A stretch of 64,000 nt of DNA from Ophelia neglecta (lineage: Eukaryota): the NCBI GenBank assembly GCA_965285935.1, contig OZ260662.1, positions 65,162,001 through 65,226,000 on the forward strand, read 5' to 3'. Within the stretch, counting starts at the first letter, position 1; the number at the start of each line of letters is the position of its first letter. Both the position numbers and the translations under genes were made by a program. The notes under the pieces were generated by a model. That model made no database searches, was not told the origin of the DNA, and saw nothing but the letters and a program-made list of their open reading frames with translations. Shown here piece by piece: positions 23,706 through 39,000 of the stretch.

Positions 23706-26700
23706 CTATTGCGGTGGTCTAAGGGTTAGTTGGCCTCATACAACTGGACTGGTAAGTTTTATGCTGAGAACCGCTACTAACACGAGTTCACCTTCTGGCG
23801 GAATGTTGACTGTTAGTTACAAACATTCGTTTGTTCATTTGAATCAACGACCGAAGATATGAAAAGCTAAATTACCGTGGTGAGATGTAGACAGAGTTGT
23901 AACAAAATCCACGGGGCTTTCCTAGGCAACTCGCGGATGGATAACACGGATCACACAAACTCTACCCGTTTATGGAGACCGGAAGTCATGTATCTTCTAA
24001 TGTCCTTGTAGAAAGTAGTTATTCCATAAATCTATACGCAGTTACCTTCATACATATATAGGGCGCCAACGAGGAAGAAGTAATGGAGGAAAATCTTCAA
24101 TAGCTTCTAAAATGCGGTTATAAAGGCAATAAATTGCTGGTCGTTATATTTAGCTTTGAACATGAAAGTTGACGCTATTAAGACGGTATATTTAAGTTTC
24201 TTAAAAGGCAATTGGTTGTAAGGCAAGTATGCAAATACAAGGACAGAAAGACACCCCTTTATGTTTTACCAAAAAAAGTTATATCAACAATTACATATTT
24301 CATAACTTAAGTCAGCCATATTTGAGGTATGCACTTATCAGGTGTACATCTAGCCATAAAATGTCAATAGTAGGTACTGTGTAGCTGTTTTATTAAGATT
24401 AATTATTGGTTAAAATGTTTTTCTTAGACAACAGGTAAATCAAATACCTATAGGATATCGCTATGTCACTGTTTAATGAAACAAATTTCTTCTTTTGTAT
24501 ACAATGATTCTTAAAATGGCAAAATCTATGCAGAGTAAATAGAATTGTTGTGTGGTTTCTATAGATCGTCGCTCATGTTATAAAACAGGCACGCCTTTTA
24601 CTCGATGACTGTTTCACAATTAAAATAAATCATGTCCTACCACAATGTGGAATAAAACCACGCTAACATGTATACGAACAGGGCGTCCCCAAAATAATTG
24701 CGCGGTTATGAAATTAATGTATGCCAGTAACTTGTAAAAGGTTTTCTAGAACATCGCTTCTACAAAAGAAACCGCTCGGTAGGGAAAAAAACATTATGGC
24801 CAAGAATGAATTAACGTGTTTGCCCTACTCGTAGGAATCATAATCATGTTACTCTTTCAATTGTTTAGAACAAAACATAGTTCATTTATGAATGCCAAAA
24901 CATAGTTCATTTATGAATGCAACAGCTTTATTAAAGAATGAAAACCAAAGAACAATATATTTATCATTGGTTAATAAGCCAACTCAATATCAACTGTTAA
25001 ACCTAGGATACACAGCAGAAATTCTTAAAGCATTTATATTACGATATTGTCTTGCCAGGCCAATATGACCATTCTGCCCTGAATGACGGGGAGCTAAGAT
25101 CACGAGCTGAATCACAATGACTTCAAGTTCGGCGAGGAATTCCCGAGAATTTAAACCAACCGAAATAACAAGATAATCGAGTTTCAATTGCCGTTGTCGC
25201 ATAATCCATCGCATGTGGCGTGTCCTGCTTCTATTGGTATCATGAATAGTGTATATAGATTGATGCTCTGTTTGTATTTGTGCTCTTGGTAAGTCAAGGA
25301 AATTAAAACAATCAATCAATCATAAAGTTGCGTTGCTTACAGTCACGGCCACTGCTCATCGGCCGCGTTGAGCGTCACGTTCGTCTTGCCAAATCAGCCA
25401 GCATCTGATTATGAAGCTAACTGGCCTCCCAATGAAAGCCAGGCACGTCACATGCAATGGATTTAAGGTTATGTGAAAAACTGGGATTCTCCTATGATTT
25501 TAGGTTTGTATAAACCGAATTTACACTTATCAGCTTATACCATGCGGTCCCACAGATGCCATTCAATGTCTCTCACAGGGATAACTAGCCTGGCTTAGTA
25601 GGCGATAAATAGACGGTGCTACTATGGGGTAATGTTCCTAATGTTCAACATATCAGATAAATGTAGGCTATATCAAGAAAAAATCGCAAAATATACCATT
25701 TTCATAGAGTTTTGATTTTTATAAGTAAACGAAAGGAAAAAGAGACACAGTAGCAAGTCTAGGTGATAACCGATGCCTACCACTCGGTTGCTGCAGTGTA
25801 TTACAGCCTGCATTCGAAGAAGTGGTGAACCATCCCGCAGTCGACTAACTGTACTCTAGATGTGTTTATCTGTTATTGCACCTGAACTACATGTATCTAC
25901 AACATATTGGAAACTGTTCTTTAAAGTTATGACCAGTGTATGCTGTTCAGTGCTTCTAAAGGTACCATAGTCTTACTTCGGAGTTCTCTGATCTCATATA
26001 AGCTTGATATACATTGCAAACCGAAAACCTTTTATCATCACTGTGTTTTCCAATGTTTAATTATTATTTTCCTACTTATGTTGTATTTTGTACCAAAAGG
26101 AACTCTTTTTTCGGTACTCATTGTATTATTTGACAAAACTAACTGAGTGTATAAATGAAAACCATTGGGGGTAGTCAACCGATATTTTACAGTCATCATA
26201 TTTTAATAGGTATAGTGATTAATGAACCGATATAACATTTATAATTAGAAAAATGACTATTCTTCGAATGCAGTATAATACAAGAGCGATTTTAACCATA
26301 CTGACAACCATAGCTAATAAGTGTTTATGGTTTGTTGACTTTTCGTTCTTCCCCGTGTTTAAACATTATGTTAAAAGTGTTCTATTTGTTAATCTTTGTT
26401 TTTGGCTATTAAAATCCCAAAATAAAGAAATGGTCGAATGAGCTGATAATAATAAGAGCATCATTTATAGGGACCTGGAGCAAAACTGATTTACTATAAC
26501 CAAATTTTCTCTATATTTTCTTGTTAATGCTATAAAAATGAGACTTTTTTACAGGAGTGTGTAGAACACCAGAAACCGAGGACACACGCCATTTGGATTT
26601 CAGGCAAGGACTATCTTGAAAGTCGCACGAGGTAGTTTAAGTCCTCGTATTATGTTTTATATTCGTCCTGTTAATGATGGTGTTACACGTAAGCCACAGG

Positions 26701-27894
26701 TGTATTTTATATGAAAGTCGCTAGACACGAACAAGTAGACAAAAAACTCCACGTGGGACCTTTGTCTTCATTAGACTAGTGCTCATGTGAAGCTACCTGA
26801 CTATATTGGCAATATAGTGGTTTGCATAACAAGCTAGATATGCTATTGCCAAAGGTTGTAATTTGACTGTTTGACGTAAATAAAGAAGCTAGTTAAACGT
26901 GCTTTCATATTGTTGGGTGTGACATTTTGAACATGATATTCCAGATCATTGAGAATATCTCGTCCAGCAATCGATTTTTTAATTTTCCTCTAAGACAATA
27001 TTGTAAGTTAGGATACTTCATGGCCTTCGCTTGTCGGCGTATTAATATACTGAGTTGGGCTTGGCACCCTGTGTGTTATGATATCACGATTATACCTGCC
27101 AAATGGCTGACAAATGGTATAGGCTGCTTATAAAAGAAGAAAAAAGTAATCTTACCTGGTGAAACTCTTAAATGAGAATTAGTATAATCAGGCACCGGAG
27201 AGGGATAAGATTCTACCAAGGGGCTTGCCAGGCCCAAGAGCGTCCCTGCTGCTGACGAGGATAGTACTGTAAAGGCAAGGCCAGATCATTCGTCGGTGCG
27301 AGGCAAGCACATCGAAATAAATTACACCGAAATTATGACTTGTCATGGGATCCGCATTTCTACACATTTTTCCCAGCGGTAACAGTTACTTCCAAGCATA
27401 AAGATCTCTCAGAGAAATGCTTGTTCATTGTACGACCTTCGTTGATTATTTTGTCAGTATACAGCTTGTGAGATCAGGTTTCACCTGAAATTATATAATC
27501 AAATAGTATTTTAGTTTAACCAAGCTCAACAAATGAACACTATATTAAATCGTTTGACAAACCGATGTTTGATGTCTAAACAGAGGCATATATCTCCCGG
27601 TGGCGACCTCTTTGCACTAAACTGAGGATTACTTCCCACTAGATGTATAAAGTAAGGCATGCAGCATTAGATAACAGGGGGGGGGGGGGAGGGCTGGGAT
27701 GTTTATCCGGCTCACGGGAGGTGGGGCTTCCATCAGTTGGGATCGAAATATCGTTTACCCCCGCAAATAAATTCTGGCCTGTCTGTTCCATCCACACTTA
27801 GTGCATTTCCATAAAAATTATGTTACATAAAGTTGCAACATATTTTTGATTTCTGCAAAGTTATTTCTGTCTCATGATACGTCTACGTGTCAGC

Positions 27895-28330
27895 CACAGG
27901 ACCAGCATTGAATACAAAATTGGCCTTATAGTTTATAAGGCAGTTCGAAAGCACATTTTTGATCTTGGCATCACTATTGTCCCGCACGCGCTTTGAGAAC
28001 TGGTTATAAGGGCGCCCTCTCTGACCAAGCAGTACGGGGATCAGGCCATTTCTATTGCTGGTCCAAGGCTTTGGACCTCTACAGCGGTGACTTTGAGATC
28101 ACTTGTATCATAAGCCTAAATGTATTCAAACATCAACGCAAAGTATGCTTGGTTTAAAAGTATTGTTGTTCTGAAGTAAAGAAACGCTTACAATGAATTT
28201 TAATTTCAAAGTTTTATTATTTATGCATTGTTACCTGTAAACTATACCATCTCCTATGTTGTAATGATTGCAACGCGCTAGCGAGCATTCACAGAGAGCC
28301 GGCGCGATATAAGGTTCTTATAATTCATTA
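27895..28330 (+). mobile_element. Old L2-clade LINE 3' remnant
   Basis: Translates to SIEYKIGLIVYKA (27904) and TKQYGDQAISIAGPRLWTS (28024), matching the L2 ORF2 C-terminus; cgcgct...gcgcg stem near 28275-28306. Confidence 0.65.
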
Positions 28331-31300
28331 TGACTGAAGATTTACAAAAACAATGGAAGGGTTTTATACAACAAAGAGAAATTTCTCGTTTTTTTACACT
28401 AATATTCTGGGTCTCCATTGATACGTGCCGGGCTGTCCCAACCGAGTAAGGTAGGGGTAGGATTATTGATTAGAAATTCTGCTATAGTGCTCCCTATTCA
28501 GAACAAAATGCAAATGACTGATACCTACCCCCTTCATTCTTTATTACTTGTCATGCCATGCAAATATACTGCTATGATACGATAAGGACCCGATTAGACA
28601 TAAAACGTACCAAAGTTGTTTTCGAGGAGTTGGGTTGAGACATTGATCTCCTTAAATATTTTTAGGCATTGAGTATTCCTTTCTGACACTTACTTTGCAG
28701 GTAAACATTGGAAATAATAAGCAAACCACTCACACAAATAGCTTCATATAGGCGTATAATCAGTGCAAGGTGTTTGGCTTTATTTTTTTGTAGCAACAAC
28801 ACTTACGAGTACATTTTATGTACACCTAAGCTTAAATGATAGACTCCAATGTGTCTAGTTTAAATGTTTTGCTTGGAACGCGTTTGTATTTGGACACGAG
28901 TACAATTTTATTTCGCGGAAGGAACTCACACAACAAGCTAAGTAACGACAGAATAACAGAATAAGTCAATAAAACCCTGGCACTGACAAGAAAATGATTA
29001 ATATTTTCGACTCGAAGTCTTTTTGTCGGTGCATGTTACACAGTATTTCTGAGCTTTCTGTATGCAGACACTGTGGTGGTTGCAGAGTTGCTAACATAGT
29101 TAATATGTAAATTTTTATGTATAGGTGCATGGAATGTTGAATATTATAAATATTCCAGAGATCTACTTCAAGCAGCACTATATCTCTGGAAAAATCGACA
29201 TTAAAATTGTTCAGGGAATCAGTGCAGTCGTTGTACGACCTAATAGGCAAGTTTCTTTGTCTGAATAAGGAGTTGACATGAAAGAGCCGAAGAAGAATTT
29301 TCCGTAGGCTGTTTCTTTTTGTATGTAGCGTTCAATTGTCAAATAATTATGTGTCTAAATATAGCAATCATCTACTCCGCCTGTCAAGGAAAAACGCAGT
29401 AAGCGGGGGGGGGGGGGGGGGGAATCGGTTAGTCGGCCACCCCGTTCCAGTTCTTCACTGCCTATGAGTTTGACAAAATATAATTATGAGGCCATATTAA
29501 TAAAGTGCCAAAAATATGTTTGATATTATACAATGACAAAAACGCAGTATCCAGTTTTCTGTGGTTAAAACGATTTAAAAGTAACTTTTTTCTCGAGCAA
29601 TTAAGTCCAATCATCATTATCTCTGTTATGATTTATAAAAATAATTTATTTATGTTTTGTATTAATCAAACGGTGCATAAGCAGGCCCTCTTTGCGATTT
29701 TCTCAAAAGGTCAAATTTATGCTGACTGCTAGACAGGGCAGTACTACTCGTCATCAATAAATGTCAATCTACACCTTACGGTGCTAACAAAAATACGTTG
29801 TCTACAAAAGTAGCTTGTTCAACAGTGTTTGAAAGGTGTGACACAATGAAATTTATTGTGTATGTATTTCTCATTGAGGGATAGCCTACGTTTTTAGTGC
29901 ATTCCAGTGTTAAAGTTTGCCTAATTACTCATAGAAAAAGTACGCATTGCAAAGAATGTCTATAACCATACCACAATGAAGGGTTAGGTTTATCTAATTT
30001 CATCGATCTGTACCAATAAATTGTCAAACAAAATGCCTGTCACGCATTGTTTTATATAACAATTTGAAAATCATTAAAGATGATAATGAAAAATGGCATC
30101 ATGATTCCTACATTTTTGTTTATCTACATGTATATGTATTTGTGAATATAGATACACTTGTAAGACCCATACACTATAGGGCGTCCACTTCTCATGGTCA
30201 AGGTCACATATGTTATGTGTGATTATATGTTGAAGTTGATTATCTGGATTATTTGCCTCTTTTTTATAGTTTTTTATTCCATGCAGTTAGATAAACTGTG
30301 TTTTTATCTTTAGTATTTCTGTTGTTTAAAAGGTATGTAACTCATTTTACAACAGGAAAAACCACTTACCGGCCTACTCACTGCTCTAAACACTCATTTT
30401 AAGTTGTTAAAACAAACCAATCGGTGATCGACAACATAATACTTGTTTCGTTATATAATCTTTATGTAAAATTATAATGTAAAAGATTTATATCTGACAC
30501 ATTGTAATATATTTTATGTACATTTTCATGAAAGAATGGCATAATAAAATGGTTTCCACTCTAGGCCTAGTCATACAGTCTCGATACATATATACACAGA
30601 TTTGCACTTTACAAATACAATTTGCAAACAGCGTGGACTTTAAACAATTGGTATACTTATATAAAATATGCATTAAGCTGATTCATCCCATTCACCTGTC
30701 TGTTTTTTCATTATTGATACGTATAGTTTTGTGAAATTGCGCTGAACCCAAATACATTCCAAGAAAAATCACGGACATTATGACTTGAATACAACTTTAT
30801 AAATTAACCTTAAAAGCATTTCATTTCCTTAATGAATATACCCACACAGCGACAATTTGTTTTCGAAGAGTTATTGCTGTCCTTAAAACTACTGAAGTCG
30901 CCCGTATTCCTGTTTTTGCAGTAAAGATATTGATGTCGCCCGTAAGTTTAAATCATTCTGTTCCTACCACAGTCATAATATAGCAACATAAAACATACTA
31001 TAGCAACGCAGTCAATAAGTATTACACAACTAACCGCCAATATTTATTAGTGGCCGATAGACATAGTGTATACGTGCTACTACATGTAGTATGGTTCTTG
31101 TAAGACACAACCATGGGCAGCACTTTAATTGTAATATCAGTTCTGTTTGGCAAGACTTTGTACTGACCGTCACAACAAATTAAAGAAATGACAATTATTC
31201 TATTAGTAAACAAATTTAGCGCAATCAAATAAATAAAACAATTTACAGGTCTAAGACTCACACGCTGAAGAACAACCTAACATGTTTAGATTACCAGCCA

Positions 31301-32518
31301 ATATTATATACAGGTCTATGATGTTATCATTTGGATGAATGTGCACATATTAAATAACCCTGAAATTAGATTTTTTGAAGTAGGCTATTGTGACTCTGTT
31401 AATTAAGCCACAACTTTAAGCAATATTATAAAACTAGTGGGAAAAAAGCCGACCCTGCAATGACCTATTTTTGCCGAGCTAAAATAGTTTTGCCGGCTAC
31501 TGCAGGTTGATCTGGGGACCAATATGTTATTAAAACTGGAGAAGCTACTCACAGTTTCCATTTGTTGAACTTTTTGTAGGAGGGCGAGGGAGTGGCATGT
31601 TATTTGTATTCTGGATAGTTCTTGTCGGCGTACCTTAGATCCATTCTTTATTTTTAAACGACCTAAACGTGATATGACTTCTGATAAGGCTACAAAGGTG
31701 TTAAAAAACTAGCTACAAGTATAAGCCCAGGTAGAAGTATTTCGGCAACAAGTCTACAACTAAGCTATCGTACACTACACATTTAGCTTTCTACCTATCT
31801 GACTATATAAAGTCATATTTCTACACATGCACGATTATTGTTTAGATTTTCTGCAGTAATACTGAGTTCACATGACCAGGATAAAACGCATGCGCCGACA
31901 TCACTTCCTGTCCCGTATAAGCGATGTGGGCTAGTCAGACTCTGATATAAGGATGCCTTTTGGCGCAAGTTATTTGTTAAAATTGTGGTTTACTTAAATG
32001 TCCCTTCCCTCAAATCAGACCGGATGAGTCCTTGTTAATGTGCTAAGCCGTAAATTAAGTTAGTACTGTTTTTGTCCATTGAAAGACCATTTATCCCAGC
32101 ATTCCATTCACACCCTCACTGGACGCACACACGCTATAACCAGTAACCATTTTTACATCAAATAAGAGTATCAAGTGACGACAGCGAATCATTGTTCTGT
32201 GCACCCTACTGTCATTATATTAGATGTACGGTGTATGCAGTCTCAAGTTCCGGAACTAGCATTGGTCATGCGCATAAAACAATGTAGTTTATAGTTCTGT
32301 AGTAGAGCACAGTCTTATAGTCTGATACCAGTCACGGTATCTAGTAGATATTGGTCCAGTATTAAAAGCCTATAGACACGGCTATAGATACAACTTTCTG
32401 TCTGCTCCCTTGAAGTCCTCTGGTGAACTGGTCAACAGTTGGTCCACGGACGAGTTGGGGCCAGTCCAATTTGACCTCGAATAAATAAATATTCAAAATA
32501 GTACATTTACAAGATCAT

Positions 32519-33087
32519 TCACTGACAAAGTCGATCTAGGACTTTGGTGGCGGTACTGTCGATCATGCTTTCGTCCTCCATGATAAACGCATGCTGTGTA
32601 TCGGGTTCACTGGCTATGCCGTTAACCTCTGACCTGTCCACGTGACCATTTTTTCCAATTCCCACAGCCAACATAGTAATTCCCGCTTGCTTGGCCTGTT
32701 GAGCAGACGGCAACGTGGCGTAGCGGTTAATGTTTGAATAACCGTCCGTGATCACAATACCGAAGTTTGGATCACCAGTCCGGTCACCATTGGAGCTTGT
32801 GAACATGTTGAATCTCATTTCGTCGATGCCGCTGGCGGTGTTAGTACGTCCCTGCTCCATTGTGTAGGCGATAGCGTTCAAAACACCTTGTCTATCGGTG
32901 TATTTGTTAAGATGAAATCTGACGTTAGGCTCATCGCTGTATGTTACAACCCCGACACGGGTCCTGCCACCAGCGAAATTGAGTCCCTCCACAATACGTC
33001 GGCTGACGCGCATGGCCAGATCAAAAGTGGTCTCCACGGAACCGGAAGCGTCCAGAATAAATACCACATCACTACGACGACTACAAC
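32519..33087 (-). CDS. Gene C terminal exon: VWA5, ends LCQ-stop
   Basis: DASGS/RTNT/TDG; [15 protein letters not shown] shared with gene B VWA5. Confidence 0.93.
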
Positions 33088-36000
33088 CTGTAACATAAAC
33101 AGTATGTAATGCAAAAAGTACTCAAGAGTCAATAGGAGAAACAACTCAGCGGTCCTCATTCGACCGTTTCTATTACTTTTTAACTGCAATGGTCATAGGC
33201 ATGACCTATGTGTGCCTCACTTTACGCATGCGCGAATTTAGTCAATGCTAAAACCTTGTTATAATATCTGGTGTGAAAACTGCAGCGGAACATGACAACA
33301 CATGAAAGCGTGTAAAGTGACACAGGAATCAACGTAAAAAATAAATTATCTGATTCTCAAGAAAAAGCGGTTATAACTAGCTAATAAACATATTATCATT
33401 GAAACCAAAAACGATAGACAAGTATTTTCTGAGTGACGAACTTAAATTGTAACGATGGTGGGTAATGCAGCAGATCGAGTGTAGCTCACGGCTGGTTTAG
33501 TTCCCCTGCCTAAAACCAGCCGTGTGAGGGTGCGTTTTTGTTTAAAGATTATAAGGACATTCAGGCGCTCGTTTTCCACATAAAATATCAGTTTTGCTAC
33601 AAGGAAGTGTGTTTTCGGTTCTTGTTGCATTTCGATTTAAGTGCATAATTTTGGAAAGTCTAACCTATTCTTAAATCCAAGGTTACGGCAAAATGGGGCA
33701 ATCACTATAATGGGCAAACTGCAACTCCCGAGTGGACTAATATTCAACATTGGATTTTGAAAAGGTTTTAAAAGAAGGTCTTCCAGTTTACAAACGGACG
33801 GACAGACGCAAGGTTCTCGTCAATGATATACGTGAGAAAGCAAAGCTGGGATAGGGCAAGGGTCTAAGAGTTGGTCAGTGTCATATCTTTGGTTAAGACA
33901 AGATCGGTTCTCAATATGCCACTTTGTATGAAGGCTGTACAGTATCATAATGATGCTATGAATTCATGAAAGATGCGGTAAATTCACTACTTATTATCAC
34001 GCTACTACTTCTATGGTGTTTTTGAGGAATGCTAGTGACTGTGACAGAACTTACGTCGATCACAGCTGACTCCGGTATACTCATCTCGACAGAGACAGAT
34101 GTACTGCCCTAACCCATCAACACACCGTCCGCCATTACGACAGGGATTACTCGAACACTCGTCCACATCTGCAGAGAAATATTCGAAATTGTTAAAAGCA
34201 TAAATGTAATCACCTAGTATTGAGTTTATAAAAATAACAGATTAAAAATTCATTTTGCATATAAACAATTAAATGGCTAACAGAAATTTCACCTACCATC
34301 GCACATAGCGTCTACTAGTCGGTCGGTCATGGTGGCAAGATCCGAAAATGAATTGACGTTGAACATATTATATTCGTCTGGGTCGCTAGCTATTCCTTTG
34401 ATCTCAAGACTAGGTTTTTCCGGAAGTACTGTCACGGCCATGACATGAATACCGTCCGTCCGCGCCGCAATGGCCTCTGGTATAGTATTGGCTGCGTTGA
34501 TGTTTGATTGGCCGTCGGTGATAACAGCTGCGTAGTTGGGAACATTCGGTCTGTCGCCGGAAGTAGGCTGGAACATCTGCGTTCGCATCATTTCCAGCGC
34601 GTCCGCTGTATTTGTTCTTCCTCTACTAAACTTCACTTTTTCTATCGCTTGTAAGACATCCTCTTTCCTGCATTGTCAGAAATAAAGATATGTTAATATA
34701 TAGATGAGATGCATGATTTCACATATTCAATCAAATACAACTTTCATTTTAGGGGAACCATTTTATTAGAAATTTCTGTGTCAAAACAAATTTTCCGAAA
34801 ACAAACGAGCAAAAGAAAATCTTAATTTCTCAGCGTGCGTTTGTACAATTTTTCTAAAAGGAATTTTCATAATCATCAGAATAGTATCTTTTTTTTTAAA
34901 TCTTCATTTTACTCTGAGCTGACTTTGAAAGTCGCTTTACTGAACCGTTAAGAGTTAATACGCATGACTGCATTATTATGACCGATAACAACCACTCAAC
35001 AGCCCCTCCATGAGAAGCCCAAGTGTTATTGTTGCACACCGGGCAAAGTATTGGAACTTGCTGGAAAGAGGAAAACCCTGGATGCCAATAGATGAAAAAT
35101 TTCGCACACCGTACCAAGTCTTCGTACCTTGCCCATAACGACGTTTTAATATGAAAACTGGTCCATTTTACCAGAAAACTTGAATAGATTTCATTTCAAA
35201 TTTCCAAAACACTAACATCGGTGTGATGTTGGCAAACATTTTATGTGTAATTAATATGTCAATTGAATCGCTCGTTTCGTGGCAAACCATGCAACAATGA
35301 CGTGGGGGGAGGGAGGTTTCCATCCATAACTGTTATTAACTGGGTAATGCAGTCTCCAGGAAACTTAATAAATAAATTTCAACTAAGAGCGCTAGAACTC
35401 GACCTCTCACCTGAAGAAGGTGTTGAGATTGAACTCCACCTGGGCGTAGTCTCCGTATGTTACCATGCCAACACGAGCTCTATCTTCTCTCACCTCCAGC
35501 TGTCTGGTAATATTAGCAATGTACTGGAGAACCGTTCTGAACCGACTCTCCCTGATGCTGCCACTGCTGTCCACGACAAATATAATATCAGCTTGACCAT
35601 CACAGCCTAAAAACACAGGAAAAATTATACAGTTATAGTAACATAATTAATAATTTAGCAGACATCTTGCATGCATTTATGTACATTTGGAATACTAGAT
35701 TTAATTTTATTTAATTTGTCTTATTATGTGCAGCGTTTTAAGATATAAGGTGAAAATATGCACCAATTTCGAAATTTCGGTAGGCATTAGGCTATAACTT
35801 ATACTTTAAGAGATTGGGAGAAAAAATGCGTGAGAATAACCAATGTTGTGAACGCGTTGTGTAAGTATTTAGACAGATGACAATCCAGTCACTTATATCA
35901 TTCTCCGATTTAGAGGATTTGGTTTAGTAAATAAACCACTACATTTCTCGATCTACCGTAACATACTACTGACATTGGGAGGCATTTATAATACTTTTGA

Positions 36001-39000
36001 AAAAATCAATCCACTTTTATAATAACGTGTGTCTGTGCATGTGAGTATTGACTAGATAATCACCTCTTATTAAAGTGGATAGAGGGTCTGACTAGATCGA
36101 TATTTGACATTGTGTTTATAATCTAGGGGTCGCTTTGAATGCCTAGTTGGGTTTTAAAAATAGGTCTACGGGCATATGCAGGGGTTGTCAATGCCTTTTA
36201 TATGGCTCTATGGCACATAGCAGACGTGACTGTCGTCAGGCCCTATAAAGACTTGGTCAACAAACAAAGCAGGGAGAGCGATTTGATGGCCATTGATACA
36301 TAAAACTCAGCGACCCAGACATCGGAATCGTGATACCGTCAAAGAGCCAGCAATGGACATTGACAACATTTGGCACACCTTTGGCTGTGGATGTCTGCTG
36401 CCTTATATCGTCCCTAGACTATAATAGTTGGGGTATTAAGTGTACTAATGTATCTGAAAACAAAACGAGACAAGGGTATCGAAACACCAGCGTGGGAGGA
36501 ATCGGGACCGTCGTGCCTCGCCAATGATACATTTATTTTTTGACAGAAAATGGCGCCTGTAAATATGTTTTGAACTATATTCAGCCTATGTTTTCTTTGG
36601 AAATAAATTTGACTACTACAGTAAATGGATCAGTAATATCATTAATCAAGATACCATAAAGAAATCACATGAGGTAACACATAATTATACAACAAAACGA
36701 GTTGATTTCTTTGTGGAAGATGCCAACATTTACCCATGTGTATTCCCACAAGCCAATTTAAAAATTCCTAGTGCCTATGTATGGAGAATATCGAAAAAAA
36801 TTGCCCTCAAACTGTTAACGTATAGTAATTCTCAGGTTCGCGTCCCCTACTTAGCAGCTTCCTCCCCGCAGGTTTTTTTTCCTCAGTTAGCATTAACATT
36901 TTTTAAAAAACTCCCGAAAATACATATTGCCCGGAATTAATTTCAATCAGGGATTTGAGGTTATAAAAAAGTTAGCCGTCACGAATAAAGATTTAAAGGT
37001 GTCTGAAAGAACATTTCCTTTTACATTGAAATGGGAAGATTAAATAAGAAATGGCTTGAAATAAAATATAAACACATTCGCCACTTTGTAATGGGGATCC
37101 TATAAATGAGAAACTCTAGAAAATTACAAAAATTACCCCTCCCTCATCCCTCAGCGGCTTCACTCTGTATAAGCTCTCCTCGTGCTTTTTCAAAGCACCA
37201 AACTTGTTTAAGCTATGTTTTTAAGCTGCCAGTCGATGGGGATTCCCTACCTAACCACTTTATTACCTTAAATTTGTCTATACCAACTATATTTAACCAT
37301 TTATACCAAGAGTTTGCCTGTGTAGATACTAGAGGAACCTACCTCTTTGACAGTTGTTGCCGGTCCTGCCCGACGGGCACAAACACGTGTAGCCGTTTAT
37401 TTGATCTACACACGTTCCACCACCCTGGCACGGGTTGGACTCGCACTCATCGACACCTGAAAGTCAAAAACACTGCCACTTTAGATAGACCTGCCTACAA
37501 CACTGTAAACACTGTCACAAGTGGCCAAGTGGCAGGTACCCTGCCCACAGAGGTATTTAGTTGACAGCTAGCCTGCCCACAGTAGTATCTGACTGACAGC
37601 TACCCTGCCCCCAGTGGTATAAAGTTACAGTTCCTCTACTTAGCCGAGGAGCGCATAAAGCTCTGCCACAGTGAGCAGTAAAATACGCCCCAGGTCAAAG
37701 TAACCGAACCCACCATCCATTTGTTGCAGTTTCAGAGAAACATTATTGTATTCCGTTCAAGGTTTGATATGATAAAGTAATTTGAGCCCTGATGCCTCTG
37801 TACTTTGATAGATGCACCATTAACAAATTTGCTACAAGTGGTTTTTGTTCGTTTATATTATTTTACTGATATTCATGGTTAACCCCTGTGATAAAGTATA
37901 GTAGAGCAGAGATACTGACTGTCGCATATGGCAGTGACGATGTTGTCGGAGATGGTGTGGAGGTCCTGGAAGGATTGGACGTTTAGTACATTTTTGTCGT
38001 CTGGGTCACTGGCGATACCCCTCAGCTCTCGCTGACCGTGCGCACTCTGAGATAAAGGAATTTTACGTTAAAATTTAGCATATATTAAAACGTGTAATAT
38101 TTAAATAATATTTCTTGCATGGGTCAATTTTCATGCCTTTCCTTGAAGTAGTTTAACTTTGTTAAATTTCTCAACTGTTGTTGTTTGATTCAATGAACCA
38201 CATTATAAAGCTTGACAATAGATCAGTCGCGATAAATAAACATGAGATACATTTGGCGCTGAATTCCAGGCAATAAACGTAAAAGGAGGCCTATTTCATT
38301 CTCCCTGGAACTTGTCCACTTACGGCCAATTTCCAAAATATATACCTCAGTTACATTGATCAATGTGAAATAACGCTGCTATTTGAAAAGAAGTTGATGG
38401 GTGCAATAATTGCTATTTAAAGTTATTTCTAAGTTCATGATATTTTTCCAGTGGAGCTGGTATAACCTTCATGTTGATGCCGACGGCAAGCATGTCAATA
38501 CCCTCTGTCCTTGTCCGCACGGCCTCGTCAAACGTCTGGTCTCGATCGTTGCTCTCTCCGTCTGTGATCAGCACTCCCACGTTACGCACAAAAGGTCTAA
38601 AATACGAAATGGAAAACGAGGTGCTACATTTCAGGAATCTGCTCGCTCTTTTTGCAATTCTTGTCAATTCCTAATCCAACTCACGGTGCGTTATTTATTA
38701 TCACATCGCATTTATACGATTATCTATAGGTCGAACTTATAATAAGGTATACACATTTCGAATTTTTTTCTTTGACAAGGTTTAAAGCCTTACCTCTCCC
38801 CTTTAATATTCTGAAACATGGTATCTCTCATGTTCTTAATGGCGGCGGCAGTATTAGTTGTCCCTGCCTTATACGGAAAGCTTATGGCATCGACAATCTA
38901 CATAATAAATATAAAACACCAGTATTTAAGTGGTCATGAATGAAATATATATATATATATATATGTATGCATATCACAAAATGTATGCCCATAAACAAAA

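Noticed and set aside
26555-26631. Plus-strand AG...GT-bounded 77-nt exon-like segment
   Set aside because: No partner exons or recognisable protein; such pseudo-exons are common.
36240-36380. Possible RTE-type LINE remnant (ERFD..KLSDPDI, DIDNIW) in a gene C intron
   Set aside because: Too short and degenerate to support without a profile search.
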